Source of the DNA: Octopus sinensis
Taxonomy: Eukaryota
Reading direction: 5' to 3'
DNA: 64,000 bases
Assembly: GCF_006345805.1 (NCBI RefSeq)
Contig: NW_021833052.1
Location: 1-64,000, forward strand
Shown one piece after another: positions 40,101-54,436 of this stretch. A model generated the notes under the pieces. The model did not search any database and was not told the origin of the DNA. It saw nothing but the letters and a program-made list of their open reading frames with translations. Each line of letters starts with the position of its first letter. Position 1 is the stretch's first letter. A program made the translations under genes and the position numbers.

Positions 40101-43100
40101 ACACCACCAACACCATCACCATCACCATCACCACCATCACCAACAACCACCAACACCACCACCACCACCACCATCACCAACACCATCACCACCATCAACC
40201 ATCACCATCACCACCATCACCCAACACCACCAACACCATCACCATCACCATCACCACCACACACCAACACCACCAACACCATCACCATCACCATCACCAC
40301 CACAACACCACCCACAACCCCACCAACACCACACCACCACCACCATCACCAACACCATCACCACCATCACCATCACCATCACCACCATCACCAACACCAC
40401 CAACACCATCACCATCACCATCACCACCATCACCAACACCACCAACACCACCACCACCATCACCAACACCATCACCACCATCACCAACACCACTAACACC
40501 ATCACCATATCACCAACACCACCAACACCATCACCATCACCACCATCACCATCACCATCACCACCATCACCAACACCACCAACACCACCAACACCACCAA
40601 CACCACGACCACCATCACCACCACTAACACCATCACCATCACCATCACCATATCACCAACACACCAACCACCACCACCACCATCACCATCACCATCACCA
40701 TCACCACCATCACTACCACCACTAACACCATCACCATCACCATCACCACCATCACCAACACCACCAACACCATCACCATCACCATCACCACCATCACCAA
40801 CACCACCAACACCACCACCACCATCACCATCACCATCACCATCACCACCATCACTACCACCACTAACACCATCACCATCACCATCACCACCACCATCACC
40901 AACACCACCAACACCATCACCATCACCATCACCACCATCACCAACACCACCAACACCACCACCACCACCCATCACCATCACCATCACCACCATCACCAAC
41001 ACCACCAACACCACCAACCCCCATCCCATCACCATCACCACCATCACCAACACCACCAACACCACCAACACAAACCAACACCACGACCACCATCACCATC
41101 ACCACCATCACTACCACCACCAACACCATCACCATCACATCACCACCACCATCACCAACACCACCACAACCATCACCATCACCATCACCACCATCACCAA
41201 CACCACCAACACCACCAACACCACCACCACCATCACAACACCATCACCACCATCACCATCACCATCACCACCATCACCAACACCACCACCCCATCACCAA
41301 CACCATCACCCACCATCACCATCACCATCACCACCACATCACCAACAACCACCAACACCATCACCATCACCATCACACCACCATCACCACACCACAACAC
41401 CAAAACCAAACACCACACCACCATCACCACACCACCAACAACCCCATCACCATCGCCATCACCACTATCACAACACCACCAACAACACCATCACCAACAC
41501 CATCACCACCATCACCATCACCATCACCACCATCACCAACACCACAACAACCATCACCAACACCATCACCACCATCACCATCACCATCACCACCATCACC
41601 ACACCACCAACACCATCACCATCACCATCACCACCATCACCAACACCACCAACCCATCACCATCACCATCACCACCATCAACCCCACCCCACCAACAACC
41701 ACCAAACACCACACCACCATCCACCAACACCATCACCACCATCACCATCACCATCACACCACCATCACCACACCCCACACCATCACCACACCACCACCAC
41801 CACCACCCACCAACACCAATCACCATCACCCACCATCACACCATCACCAACACCACCAACACCATCACCATCACCATCACCACCACCACCATCACCACCA
41901 CCAACACCATCACCATCACCATCACCACCAATCACCAACACCACCAACACCACAACACCACCACCACATCACCAACAACACCACCAACACCATCACCATC
42001 ACCATCACCACCATCACCAACACCACCACCAACACCATCACCATCAAATCACCATCATCACCACCATCACCAACACCACCAACACCACCAACACCAACCA
42101 ACACCATCACCATCACCATCCCACCATCACACCAACACCACACACACCACCACCATCACCTCAAACCCAATCACCACCATCACCACCACCAACACCACCA
42201 ACCCACCAACACCCCTCACCATCACCATCACCACCATCACCAACACCACCAACACCATCACCATCACCATCACCATCACCACCATCACCAACACCACCAA
42301 CACCACCAACCACCATCACCATCACCATCACCATCACCACCATCCACCAACAAAACCACCATCACCACCATCACCACACCACCAACCACCATCACCATCA
42401 CACCATCACCATCACCACCATCACCAACACCACCAACCCACCAACACCATCACCATCACCATCACCACCATCACCAACACCACCAACACCACCACACCAT
42501 CACCATCACACCATCACCACCATCACCAACACCACCAACACCATCACCATCACCATCACCACCATCACCAACACCACCAACACCACCAACACCATCACCA
42601 TCACCATCACCACCATCACCACACCACCAACACCACCAACACCATCACCATCACCATCACCACCATCACCAACACCACCAACACCATCACCATCACCAAC
42701 ACCACCATCACCACCATCACCAACACCACCAACACCACCACCACCATCACCATCACCATCACCACCATCACCAACACCACCAACACCACCAACACCATCA
42801 CCATCACCATCACCACCATCACCAACACCACCAACACCACCAACACCATCACCATCACCATCACCACCATCACCAACACCACCAACACCACCAACACCAT
42901 CACCATCACCACCATCACCAACACCACCAACACCACCAACACCACCAACCACACGACCACCATCACCCCACACCATCACCACCATCACCATCACCATCAC
43001 CACATCACCAACACACCACACCATCACCATCACCATCACCACCATCACCAACACCACCAACACCACCACCACCATCACCAACCCATCACCACCATCACAC

Positions 43101-46100
43101 CACACCACTAACCCCATCACCATATCACCAACACCATCACCACATCACAACACCACTAACACCATCACCATCACCATCACCACCATCACCATCAACCCAT
43201 CACCAACACCACCAACACCACCAACACCATCACCATCACCACCATCACCAACACCACCAACCCCACCACACCACCAACACACGACCACCATCACACACCA
43301 CCATCACCACCATCACCATCACCATCACCACCATCACCAACACCACCACACCATCATCACATCACCAACACCACCATCACCACCATCACCAACACCACCA
43401 ACACCACCACCACCATCACCATCACCATCACCACCATCACCACACCACCAACAACCACCAACACCATCACCATCACCACCATCACCACCACCACCAACAC
43501 ACCAACAACACCACAACACCACGACCACCATCACCAACACCATCACCACCATCACCATCACCATCACCACCATCACCAACACACCACCAACACCATCACC
43601 ATCACCAACACCACCATCACCACCATCACCAACACCACCAACACCACCACCACCATCACCATCACCATCACCACCATCACCAACACCACCACACCACCAC
43701 ACCACACACCATCACCATCACCACCACCATCACCAACACCACCAACACCACCAACCCACACCATCACCCACCACACCACACCACCAACACCACCAACACA
43801 CACCAACACCACGACCACCATCACCAACACCATCACCACCATCACCATCACCATCACCACCATCACCAACACCACCAACACCATCACCATCACCAACACC
43901 ACCATCACCACCATCACCAACACCACCAACACCATCACCATCACCAACACCACCAACACCACCAACACCATCACCATCACCACCATCACCAACACCACCA
44001 ACACCACCAACACCACCAACACCACGACCACCATCACCAACACCATCACCACCATCACCATCACCATCACCACCATCACCAACACCACCAACACCATCAC
44101 CATCACCAACACCACCATCACCACCATCACCACACCACCAACACCACCAACCACCATCACCATCCCCATCACCCATCCAACACCACACCAACACCACCAC
44201 AACACCATCACCATCACCATCACCACCATCAAACCACACCACCAACACCACCACCATCACCATCACCATCACCCACCATCACCAACACCACCAACACCAC
44301 CAACACCATCACCATCACCAACACCACCACACCAACCACCCACCAACACCACGAACCACCATCACCAACACCAACACCATCACACCACCATCACCATCAC
44401 CATCACCCACCATCACCAACACCACCAACACCATCACCATCACCATCACCACCATCACCAACACACACCACCAACACCACCACCACATCACCAACACCAT
44501 CAACCACCATCACCATCACCATCACCACCATCACCAACACCACCAACACCACCACCACCATCACCAACACCATCACCACCATCACCACCACTAACACCAT
44601 CACCATATCACCAACACCATCCCACCATCACCACCACCAACACCATCACCATCACCATCACCATCCCACCCCCATCACCACCACCACCAACCACCACCAC
44701 CATCCCAACACCATCACCACCATCACCATCACCATCACCACCATCACCAACACCACCAACACCACCACCACCATCACCAACACCATCACCACCATCACCA
44801 CCACTAACACCATCACCATATCACCAACACCATCACCACCATCACCAACACCACCAACACCATCACCACCATCACCACCATCACCAACACCATCACCACC
44901 ATCACCACCACTAACACCATCACCATCACCATCACCATCACCACCATCACCACACCACCAACACAACCATCACCATCACCACCCACCCCCATCACCACCA
45001 TCACCAACACCACCAACACCACGACCACCATCACCAACACCATCACCACCATCACCATCACCATCACCACCATCACCAACACCACCAACACCATCACCAT
45101 CACCATCACCACCATCACCAACACCACCAACACCACCACCACCATCACCACCACCATCACCACCATCACCACCACTAACACACTAACACCATCACCATAT
45201 CACCAACACCATCACCATCACCATCACCACCATCACCAACACCACCAACACCATCACCATCACCATCACCACCATCACCATCACCAACACCACCAACACC
45301 ACCACACCATCACCACCAACACACCAACACCATCACCATCACCATCACCATCACCACCATCACCAACACCACCAACCACCATCACCATCACCATCACCAT
45401 CACCACCATCACCAACACCACCAACACCACACACCACCACCATCACCACCATCACCACCACACACCAACCACCATCACCATCACCATCACCCACCATCAC
45501 ACCAACACCACCAACACCATCACCATCACCATCACCACCAACACCATCACATCACCATCACCATCACCACCATCACCAACACCACCAACACCACCACCAC
45601 CATCACCACCACACCAACACCACCAACACCATCACCATCACCATCACCATCACCACCATCACCATCTCACCACCAACACAACATCACCATCACCATCACC
45701 ATCACCACCATCACCACACCACCAACACCAACCACCACCATCACCACCAACACCACCAACACCATCACCATCACCATCACCATCACCCACCATCACCATC
45801 CACCACACCATCATCACCATCACCATCACCATCACCACCATCACCAACAACCACCAACACCACCACCACCATCACCACCACACCACCAACACCATCACCA
45901 CACCACACCATCACCATCACCACCATCACCAACACCACCAACACCATCACCATCACCATCACCATCACCACCATCACCAACACCACCAACACCACCACCA
46001 CCATCACCACCATCACCACCAACACCACCAACACCATCACCATCACCATCACCACCATCACCAACACCACCAACACCATCACCATCACCATCACCACCAA

Positions 46101-48930
46101 CACCATCACCATCACCATCACCATCACCACCATCACCAACACCACCAACACCACCACCACCATCACCACCAACACCACCAACACCATCACCATCACCATC
46201 ACCATCACCACCATCACCATCACCACCAACACCATCACCATCACCATCACCATCACCACCATCACCAACACCACCAACACCACCACCACCATCACCACCA
46301 ACACCACCAACACCATCACCATCACCATCACCATCACCACCATCACCATCACCACCAACACCATCACCATCACCATCACCATCACCCCATCACCAACACA
46401 CCACCAACCACCACCACCATCACCACCAACACCACCAACACCCATCACCATCACCATCACCTCACCACCATCACCATCACCACCAACACCATCATCACCA
46501 TCACCATCACCATCACCACACCATCACCAACACCACCACACACCATCACCATCACCATCACCCACCATCACCAACACACCACACCATCACCATCACCATC
46601 ACCACCATCACCAACACCCCAACCCACCACCACCACCCCTCACAACACCATCACCACCACCTCACCACCATCACCATCACCTCACCACCACATCACCAAC
46701 ACCACCAACACCATCACCATCACCATCACCATCCCACCATCACCACACCACCACACCACCACCACCATCACCAACACCATCACCACCATCACCACCATCA
46801 CCATCACCATCACCACCATCACCAACACCACCAACACCATCACCATCACCATCACCACCATCACCAACACCACCAACACCACCACCACCATCACCAACAC
46901 CATCACCACCATCACCACCATCACCATCACCATCACCACCATCACCAACACCACCAACACCATCACCATCACCATCACCACCATCACCAACACCACCAAC
47001 AACCACCACCATCACCAACCATCACCACCATCACCACCACCATCACCATCACCATCACCACCATCACAACACCACCAACACCATCACCTCACCATCACCA
47101 CCATCACCAACACCACCAACAACCACCACCACCATCACCAACACACCATCACCACCATCACCACCATCTCACCATCACCATCACCACCATAACCAACACC
47201 ACCAACCACCATCACCATCACCATCACCACCATCACCAACACACCAACACCACCACCACCATCACCAACACCATCACCAACCATCACCACCATCACCATC
47301 ACCATCACCACCATCACCAACACACCACACCATCACCATCACCATCACCACCATCACCAACACCACCAACACCAACCCCACTCACCAACACCATCACCCC
47401 ATCACCCACCATCCCCATCACCATCACCATCACCACACACCAACACCACCAACAACCATCACCATCACCATCACCACCATCACCAACCCACAACACCACC
47501 ACCACCATCACCAACACCACAACACCACCAACCAACCATCACCATCACCATCACCACCATCACCAACACCACCAACACCATCACCATCACCATCACCACC
47601 ATCACCAACACCACCAACCACCACCACCATCACCACACCATCACCACCATCACCCACACATCACCATCACCATCACCACCATCACCACACACCACCAACA
47701 CCATCACCATCACCATCACCACCATCACCACACCACCAACACCACCACCACCATCACCACCATCACCACCAACACACCACACCATCACCATCACCATCAC
47801 CACCATCACCAACACCACCAACACCACCACCACCATCACCATCACCATCACCATCACCACTACCACCATCACCATCACCATCACCCTCACCACCACCATC
47901 ACCACCATCACCATCACCATCACCACCATCACCAACACCACCAACACCATCACCATCACCATCACCACCATCACCACACAACCACCACCAACACCATCAC
48001 CATCACCATCACCACCATCACCAACACCACCACACCATCACCATCACACCATCACCACCATCACCCCACACCCCACCACCACCACCATCACCACAACATC
48101 ACCACCAACCACCTCACCATCACCATCCACCACCATCACCAACCACCACCACCATCACCAACACCATCACCACCATCACCACCACTAACACCATCACCAT
48201 ATCACCACACCATCACCCCACATCACCAACACCACCAACCCATCACCATCACCATCACCATCACCACCATCACAACACACCAACACCACCAACACACCAA
48301 CACCATCACCATCCCCACCATCCACAACACCACCAACACACCACACACCCAACAACCCCAACACCATCACCATCACCACATCACCACACCACCACCACCA
48401 TCACCATCACCACCATCACCAACACCACCAACACCACCAACACCACCAACACCACCAACACCATCACCATCACCACCATCACCAACACCACCAACACCAC
48501 CAACACCACGACCACCATCACCAACACCATCACCACCATCACCATCACCATCACCATATCACCAACACCACCAACACCATCACCATCACCACCATCACCA
48601 TCACCATCACCACCATCACCAACACCACCAACACCACCACCATCACCACCATCACCGTCACCACTATCAACATTATCGTCATCACCATCACCATCATTAA
48701 CAAAACCATCATCATAATCCCCATCATCACCATTGTCGTCATTGTAGCCGTCGTCGGTGACGTCATCATCATCATCATCATCATCATCAACGGTAACAGG
48801 AAGAAGAACAACAACATCATTAACTCCACCATCATCATCATTAGCAACACTATAAACGTGATCACGACAACACCACCACCACCACCTAACACCATCGTCT
48901 CCCACCACCACCACCACCACCCTTACACTA
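37200..48930. repeat. Giant CAC/CAT/CAA trinucleotide-derived satellite, 42-bp basic unit, ~11.5 kb
   Basis: Unit CAACACCACCAACACCATCACCATCACCATCACCACCATCAC at 38045, 38087 and 38129 (period 42); the + strand is almost devoid of G. Confidence 0.97.
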
Positions 48931-48957
48931 ACACTTCTCACCCCGACCCCCCCTTAC

Positions 48958-49052
48958 CCCGCTAATTCAGCTTCTAAAGCTTCTTTTCTCTCTTCTCCAT
49001 GGCGGCCATCGTTCTTCTGTTGATTGAGAATTTTATCGGCTTCGTCATTCAA
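48958..49052 (-). CDS. Candidate isolated exon in the only unique sequence between two giant arrays
   Basis: Open frame LNDEADKILNQQKNDGRHGEERKEALEAELA ends at a GG|GTAAGG donor-like site; possible acceptors end at 49053 or 49017. No family recognised. Confidence 0.25.
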
Positions 49053-49069
49053 CTTCATAAACCACGTGA

Positions 49070-49304
49070 TAACGATATGATGATGATAATGGTGTCGATG
49101 ATGATGATGACGACGATGATGATAATGACGACGATGATGACGATGATGATGATGATGATGATGACGACGATAATGATAATGACGACGATGATGATGATGA
49201 TGATGATCATGATCATGATCATGATCATGATGATGATGATGATGATGACGATGATGATGATGACGATGATGATGATGATGATCATGCTCATGATGATCAT
49301 GATC

Positions 49305-49342
<38 letters not shown>

Positions 49343-49343
49343 A

Positions 49344-49377
<34 letters not shown>

Positions 49378-49433
49378 CGATGATGATGATCATGATGATG
49401 ATGATGATGATCATGCTCATGATGATCATGATC

Positions 49434-49473
<40 letters not shown>

Positions 49474-49523
49474 CGATGATGATGATGACGATGATGATGA
49501 TGATGATCATGCTCATGATGATC

Positions 49524-49569
<46 letters not shown>

Positions 49570-49713
49570 CGATGATGATGATGATAATGATGATGATGAT
49601 GATGATGATGATCATGATGATGATCATGATGATGATGGTGACGATGATGATGATGATGACGATAATGATAATGACGATGATGATGATTGACGATGATGAT
49701 GATGATCATGATC

Positions 49714-49750
<37 letters not shown>

Positions 49751-49779
49751 CGATGATGATGATGATGATGATCATGATC

Positions 49780-49828
<49 letters not shown>

Positions 49829-49837
49829 CGATGATGA

Positions 49838-49869
<32 letters not shown>

Positions 49870-49946
49870 CGATGATGATGATGACGATGATGATGATGAT
49901 TGATGATGATGATGACGATGATGATGATCATGATCATGATCATGAT

Positions 49947-49990
<44 letters not shown>

Positions 49991-50300
49991 ATGATGATGA
50001 TGATGACGATGATGATGATTGATGATGATGATGATGATCATGATGATGATGATGATGATGATGATGATTATGATGATGATGACGATGATGATGTGATGAT
50101 GATGATGATGATGATGATGATGGTGACGATGATGAGATGATGACGACGATAATGATAATGACGATGATGATGACGATGATGATGATGATCATGATGATGA
50201 TGATGATGATGATGTGACGATGATGATGATGATGACGACGATAATGATAATGACGATGATGATGACGATGATGATGATGATCATGATCATGATCATGATC

Positions 50301-50334
<34 letters not shown>

Positions 50335-50455
50335 CGATGATGATGATGATGATCATGATGATGATGATGATCATGATCATGATCATGTTCATGATGATGA
50401 TCATGATGATGATCATGATGATGATGATGATGATGATGACGATGATGATGATGAC

Positions 50456-50490
<35 letters not shown>

Positions 50491-50551
50491 CGATGATGAT
50501 GATGACGATGATGATGATGACGATGATGATGATGACGATGATGATGACGAC

Positions 50552-50595
<44 letters not shown>

Positions 50596-50698
50596 CGATG
50601 ATGATGATGATGATTATGATGATGATGATGATGATGACGATGATGACGATAACGATAATGACGATGACGATAATGATAATGACGATGATGATGACGAC

Positions 50699-50742
<44 letters not shown>

Positions 50743-50845
50743 CGATGATGATGATGATGATTATGATGATGATGATGATGATGACGATGATGACGATAAC
50801 GATAATGACGATGACGATAATGATAATGACGATGATGATGACGAC

Positions 50846-50878
<33 letters not shown>

Positions 50879-50910
50879 ATGACGATGATTATGATGATAA
50901 TGATGATGAC
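49070..50910. repeat. (GAT)n array with GAC/CAT variants, ~1.8 kb
   Basis: Direct reading; a 147-bp internal duplication (50612 versus 50759). Confidence 0.97.
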
Positions 50911-51140
50911 TTCAAATTTCGGCACAAGACCAGTAATTATAAAGAGAAGGAGTCTAAGTCAATTACATCGACCCCCATTGCTCAACTGGTACTTATTTCC
51001 ATCAATGTCTTCCCCCACCCCCCATCGTAAGCATAAGAGGCAAAGTCGACTTCGGCGGGCATTCGAGCTCAGATCGTAAAGCCGGGAGAAATGCATCTAA
51101 GCATTTAGCGTTGCATGCTAACGATCCTACCAGGTCGTAG
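50910..51140 (-). mobile_element. SINE family D, diverged
   Basis: Reverse complement contains gatctgagctcgaatgcccgccgaagtcgactttgcc...gatgtaattgac...gtcttgtgccgaaatttgaa. Confidence 0.8.
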
Positions 51141-51232
51141 AAAATAATAATAATAATAACAACAACAACAACAACAACGACGACGACGACGACGACGACG
51201 ATGATGATGATGATGATGATGATAATGATGAT

Positions 51233-52038
51233 GATGCAGAATCAGGCAATGGCTCTCGTGGCTTCTGATCTTAACTGATTGGAAGTGTTATCTTGTACAT
51301 TGTTTTGCCTTGGTATAAAACATGGGCTACAGCAAATATTCTGCTCAATACCCCATATTAACTTGTCAGTTGTTTGACTTTAACCAGTTGACCATGTCCC
51401 TTAGTGGCTGACGATATGTGCATCTCTGATCACAAGCAGGAGTAGTGGGGGAGCATCATAGCCATGTGTTGAAAGGAATTCTTCGCGGTTTGGATAATTC
51501 ACCTCTGGAAACATGTGTGTTTTGTTGAACATCCTTAAACAACCCTTATTCGGAGACCTTGTGAGCGGGATGGGTTACTCGACCAGAAGAAAATTCTAAC
51601 CGGGCCCCCTTTTGCTACAGCCACTGGACAAGTAAAAATTGCCCTCCCCTCTCGGTATTCTGCTCAATACCATAGAAGATTTTCTTGTCAGTTGTTTAAC
51701 CATAACCAGTTGAGCATGTGCCTTAGTGGCTGACTATATGTGCCCCTCTGATCACGAGCAGAAGTTGTGGGGGAGGATCATAGCCATGTGTTGACAGGAA
51801 TTCTTTGGGGTTTGGGTAATTCATATCTGGAAATCTGGGTGTTTCGTTCAACATCCTTAAACAACCCTTATTCAGGGACTTTTTGAGTGGGATGGACTAC
51901 TCCACCTGATGAAAATCTAACTGGGCCCCACCTGCAAGATATTGCACAGTTTATCTTGATATGAGATCACCATGTCGTGCACATATGGTTGTGATGCATG
52001 TGCCAATGTCACTTTGATGGCATGCACTACTCTCTCAC

Positions 52039-52040
<2 letters not shown>
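51233..52040 (+). mobile_element. Two copies of element C (51233-51609, 3'-truncated; 51656-52040, 5'-truncated with an internal deletion)
   Basis: Homologous to 4149-5334 and 53378-53930; preceded by (AAT)(AAC)(GAC)(GAT)n and followed by (AAT)n. Confidence 0.88.
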
Positions 52041-52109
<69 letters not shown>

Positions 52110-52185
52110 TATAATAATAATAATATCTAGAAGAAGAAGAAGAAGAAGAAGAAGAAGAGGAGGAGGAGGAGGAGAACGTGGGGGT
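52041..52185. repeat. (AAT)n, (GAA)n and (GAG)n microsatellites
   Basis: Direct reading. Confidence 0.9.
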
Positions 52186-52646
52186 GACGGAAGAGGAGAG
52201 GTGGAGAAGAATGATTTATGTATTTTCCATCAAGCGCCAATTCATGAATATAAAAGAAATATAAACTAGACACAGAGCAAACACCTTAAACAACTAACTT
52301 CGAACTGAGCAACTTGGTCTACAGACAGAAAAAAGTCTGAATTAATTAATCAAACAGACACATGCAAATTGTCAAATGAAAAAAATATAATGCAATTTTA
52401 ACAAGTGTAAACACTAATTCATATGACAGACAAAAACGTTAACAACTACAGCATCGATGTAAACAGAAACTCTTTCGCTGCTACTATTAACCAAAGAGAA
52501 CGGCTAGACGTTGCTAAATTACCGAGAAATCACTACAGGGGAGGACGGAAGTAATTTATTTCTGCTTCGAGAAGGAGGGAGATTTTTTTTTAATTGCTTT
52601 CAAAAAAGTAGTTGAAGCAAACTCTAGCCGACGAGTTATATATAAT

Positions 52647-53119
52647 ATTTGGTTTCTGTGAATGCAAGGAGCTAGCAAAATCCCCCAAAATTTCGGGCTT
52701 TGTGCCTAGAGTAGAAAAAAGTATTTGGTTTCTGTGAAGGCAAGGAGCTAGCAAAATCCCCCAAAATTTCGGGCTTTGTGCCTAGAGTAGAAAAAAAGTA
52801 TTTGGTTTCTGTGAAGGCAAGGAGCTAGCAAAATCCCCCAAAATTTCGGGCTTTGTGCCTAGAGTAGAAAAAAGTATTTGGTTTCTGTGAAGGCAAGGAG
52901 CTAGCAAAATCCCCCAAAATTTCGGGCTTTGTGCCTAGAGTAGAAAAAAATATTTGGTTTCTGTGAAGGCAAGGAGCTAGCAAAATCCCCCAAAATTTCG
53001 GGCTTTGTGCCTAGAGTAGAAAAAAGTATTTGGTTTCTGTGAAGGCAAGGAGCTAGCAAAATCCCCCAAAATTTCGGGCCTTGTGCCTAGAGTAGAAAAA
53101 AATATTTGGTTTCTGTGAA
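52647..53119 (+). repeat. 76-bp minisatellite, six full units plus a partial seventh, SINE-D derived
   Basis: Units start at 52647, 52723, 52800, 52876, 52952, 53028 and 53104, and are nearly identical. Confidence 0.95.
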
Positions 53120-53340
53120 CGCAGCGAGCTGGTAAAATCGTTAACACGCGCTGAGCGAAATGCTTAGCGAAATTTCGTCTGTCTTTACGTTCGGATTCCA
53201 ACAGTCGCCGAGGTCGATTTTGTCTTTCGTCCTTCCGTTGTTCGATAAAATAAGTGTCAGTTGAATACTGGTATCGATTAAACGAATAATCCATCCGCCC
53301 CAAAATTGTTGGCCTTGAAGCAAAATTTGAAATCATTATT
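53120..53340 (+). mobile_element. SINE family D, near full length
   Basis: gcagcgagctggtaaaatcgttaacacg...gccgaggtcgattttg...ggccttgaagcaaaatttgaaatc. Confidence 0.85.
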
Positions 53341-53377
53341 CAGTTTTTGCAGATTAATAGTAAAAAGGATTATTATT

Positions 53378-53930
53378 GAGTGAGAGAGAAGTACATGGCA
53401 TCAAAGTGACACTAGGGTACAAATATACGAAGCACAATATATCTATCATGACTACCCGTCTAAGGGTACACCAGGCACATGCATCACAACCTTATGTGCG
53501 CGACATGGTGATCTTATATCGAGATAAACGGCGCATGACCTTCTAGGTGGGGCCCAGTTAGAATTTTCTTCAGGTAGGTTAGCCCATCCCGCTCAAAAGG
53601 GTCCCTGAATAAGGGTTGTTTAAGGATGTTGAACGAACCACCCATGTTTCCAGAGGTAAATTATTCAAATTCCAAAGAATTCCTGTCAATACATGGCTAT
53701 GATAGTCCCCTGCTATTTCTGCTCGTAATCAGAGATGCACATATCGTCAGCCACTAAGGGACATGCTCAACTGGTTAAGGTCAAACAAATGACACACAGA
53801 TCTGTGATACTGAGCAGATATTTGTTGTAGCCCACCTTTTATACCAAGACAAAAATTGTACATGATAACACTTCCCATCAGTTAAGACCAGAATCCATTA
53901 GAGCCAGTGTCTGGTACTACATCAGGGCAT
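53378..53930 (-). mobile_element. Element C, longest copy (~553 bp), flanked by (AAT)n on both sides
   Basis: Reverse complement of the C copies; (TTA)n at 53931-54097 and attattatt at 53369-53377. Confidence 0.9.
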
Positions 53931-53960
53931 TTATTATTATTATTATTATTCTTATTATTA

Positions 53961-53994
<34 letters not shown>

Positions 53995-54008
53995 CATTAT
54001 TATTATTA

Positions 54009-54097
<89 letters not shown>

Positions 54098-54134
54098 TCT
54101 GAGGATTCACCTGTGATTTAAAAAGGTAATATAA

Positions 54135-54376
54135 AAGGAGAAAGGGGGTTCTCTACCCTGCTTTTGACCAGGCTCCCGTGGCTTTTATGGGTTTTTCCAA
54201 CAGGAACCTTTCGAAGCGCCTCCCTCTATTGGGAGTTTTTCATTGTTAAATATTTTCGTTGTTACACTTTTTTACACGGATTTTTGAAACGGACAAAACC
54301 CTCTGTAACTTTCATCCTGTTTTTTGTCCCTTTATGTTATAAATAATTTTTGTCAGCCCTTGTGGCCAATAAAAGA

Positions 54377-54380
<4 letters not shown>
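54135..54380 (+). mobile_element. LINE 3' UTR (same family as 36241-36520) with (ATT)n tail
   Basis: Homologous to the reverse complement of 36241-36345; ends caataaaagaatttattatt, followed by an ATT/CAT/CCT microsatellite to 54528. Confidence 0.65.

Positions 54381-54436
<56 letters not shown>

Noticed and set aside
48954-50882. Poly-Met/Asp/His/Ile ORFs
   Set aside because: They are translations of the (GAT)n array.
52647-53119. CRISPR array
   Set aside because: The units are contiguous and nearly identical with no unique spacers; this is a SINE-derived minisatellite.
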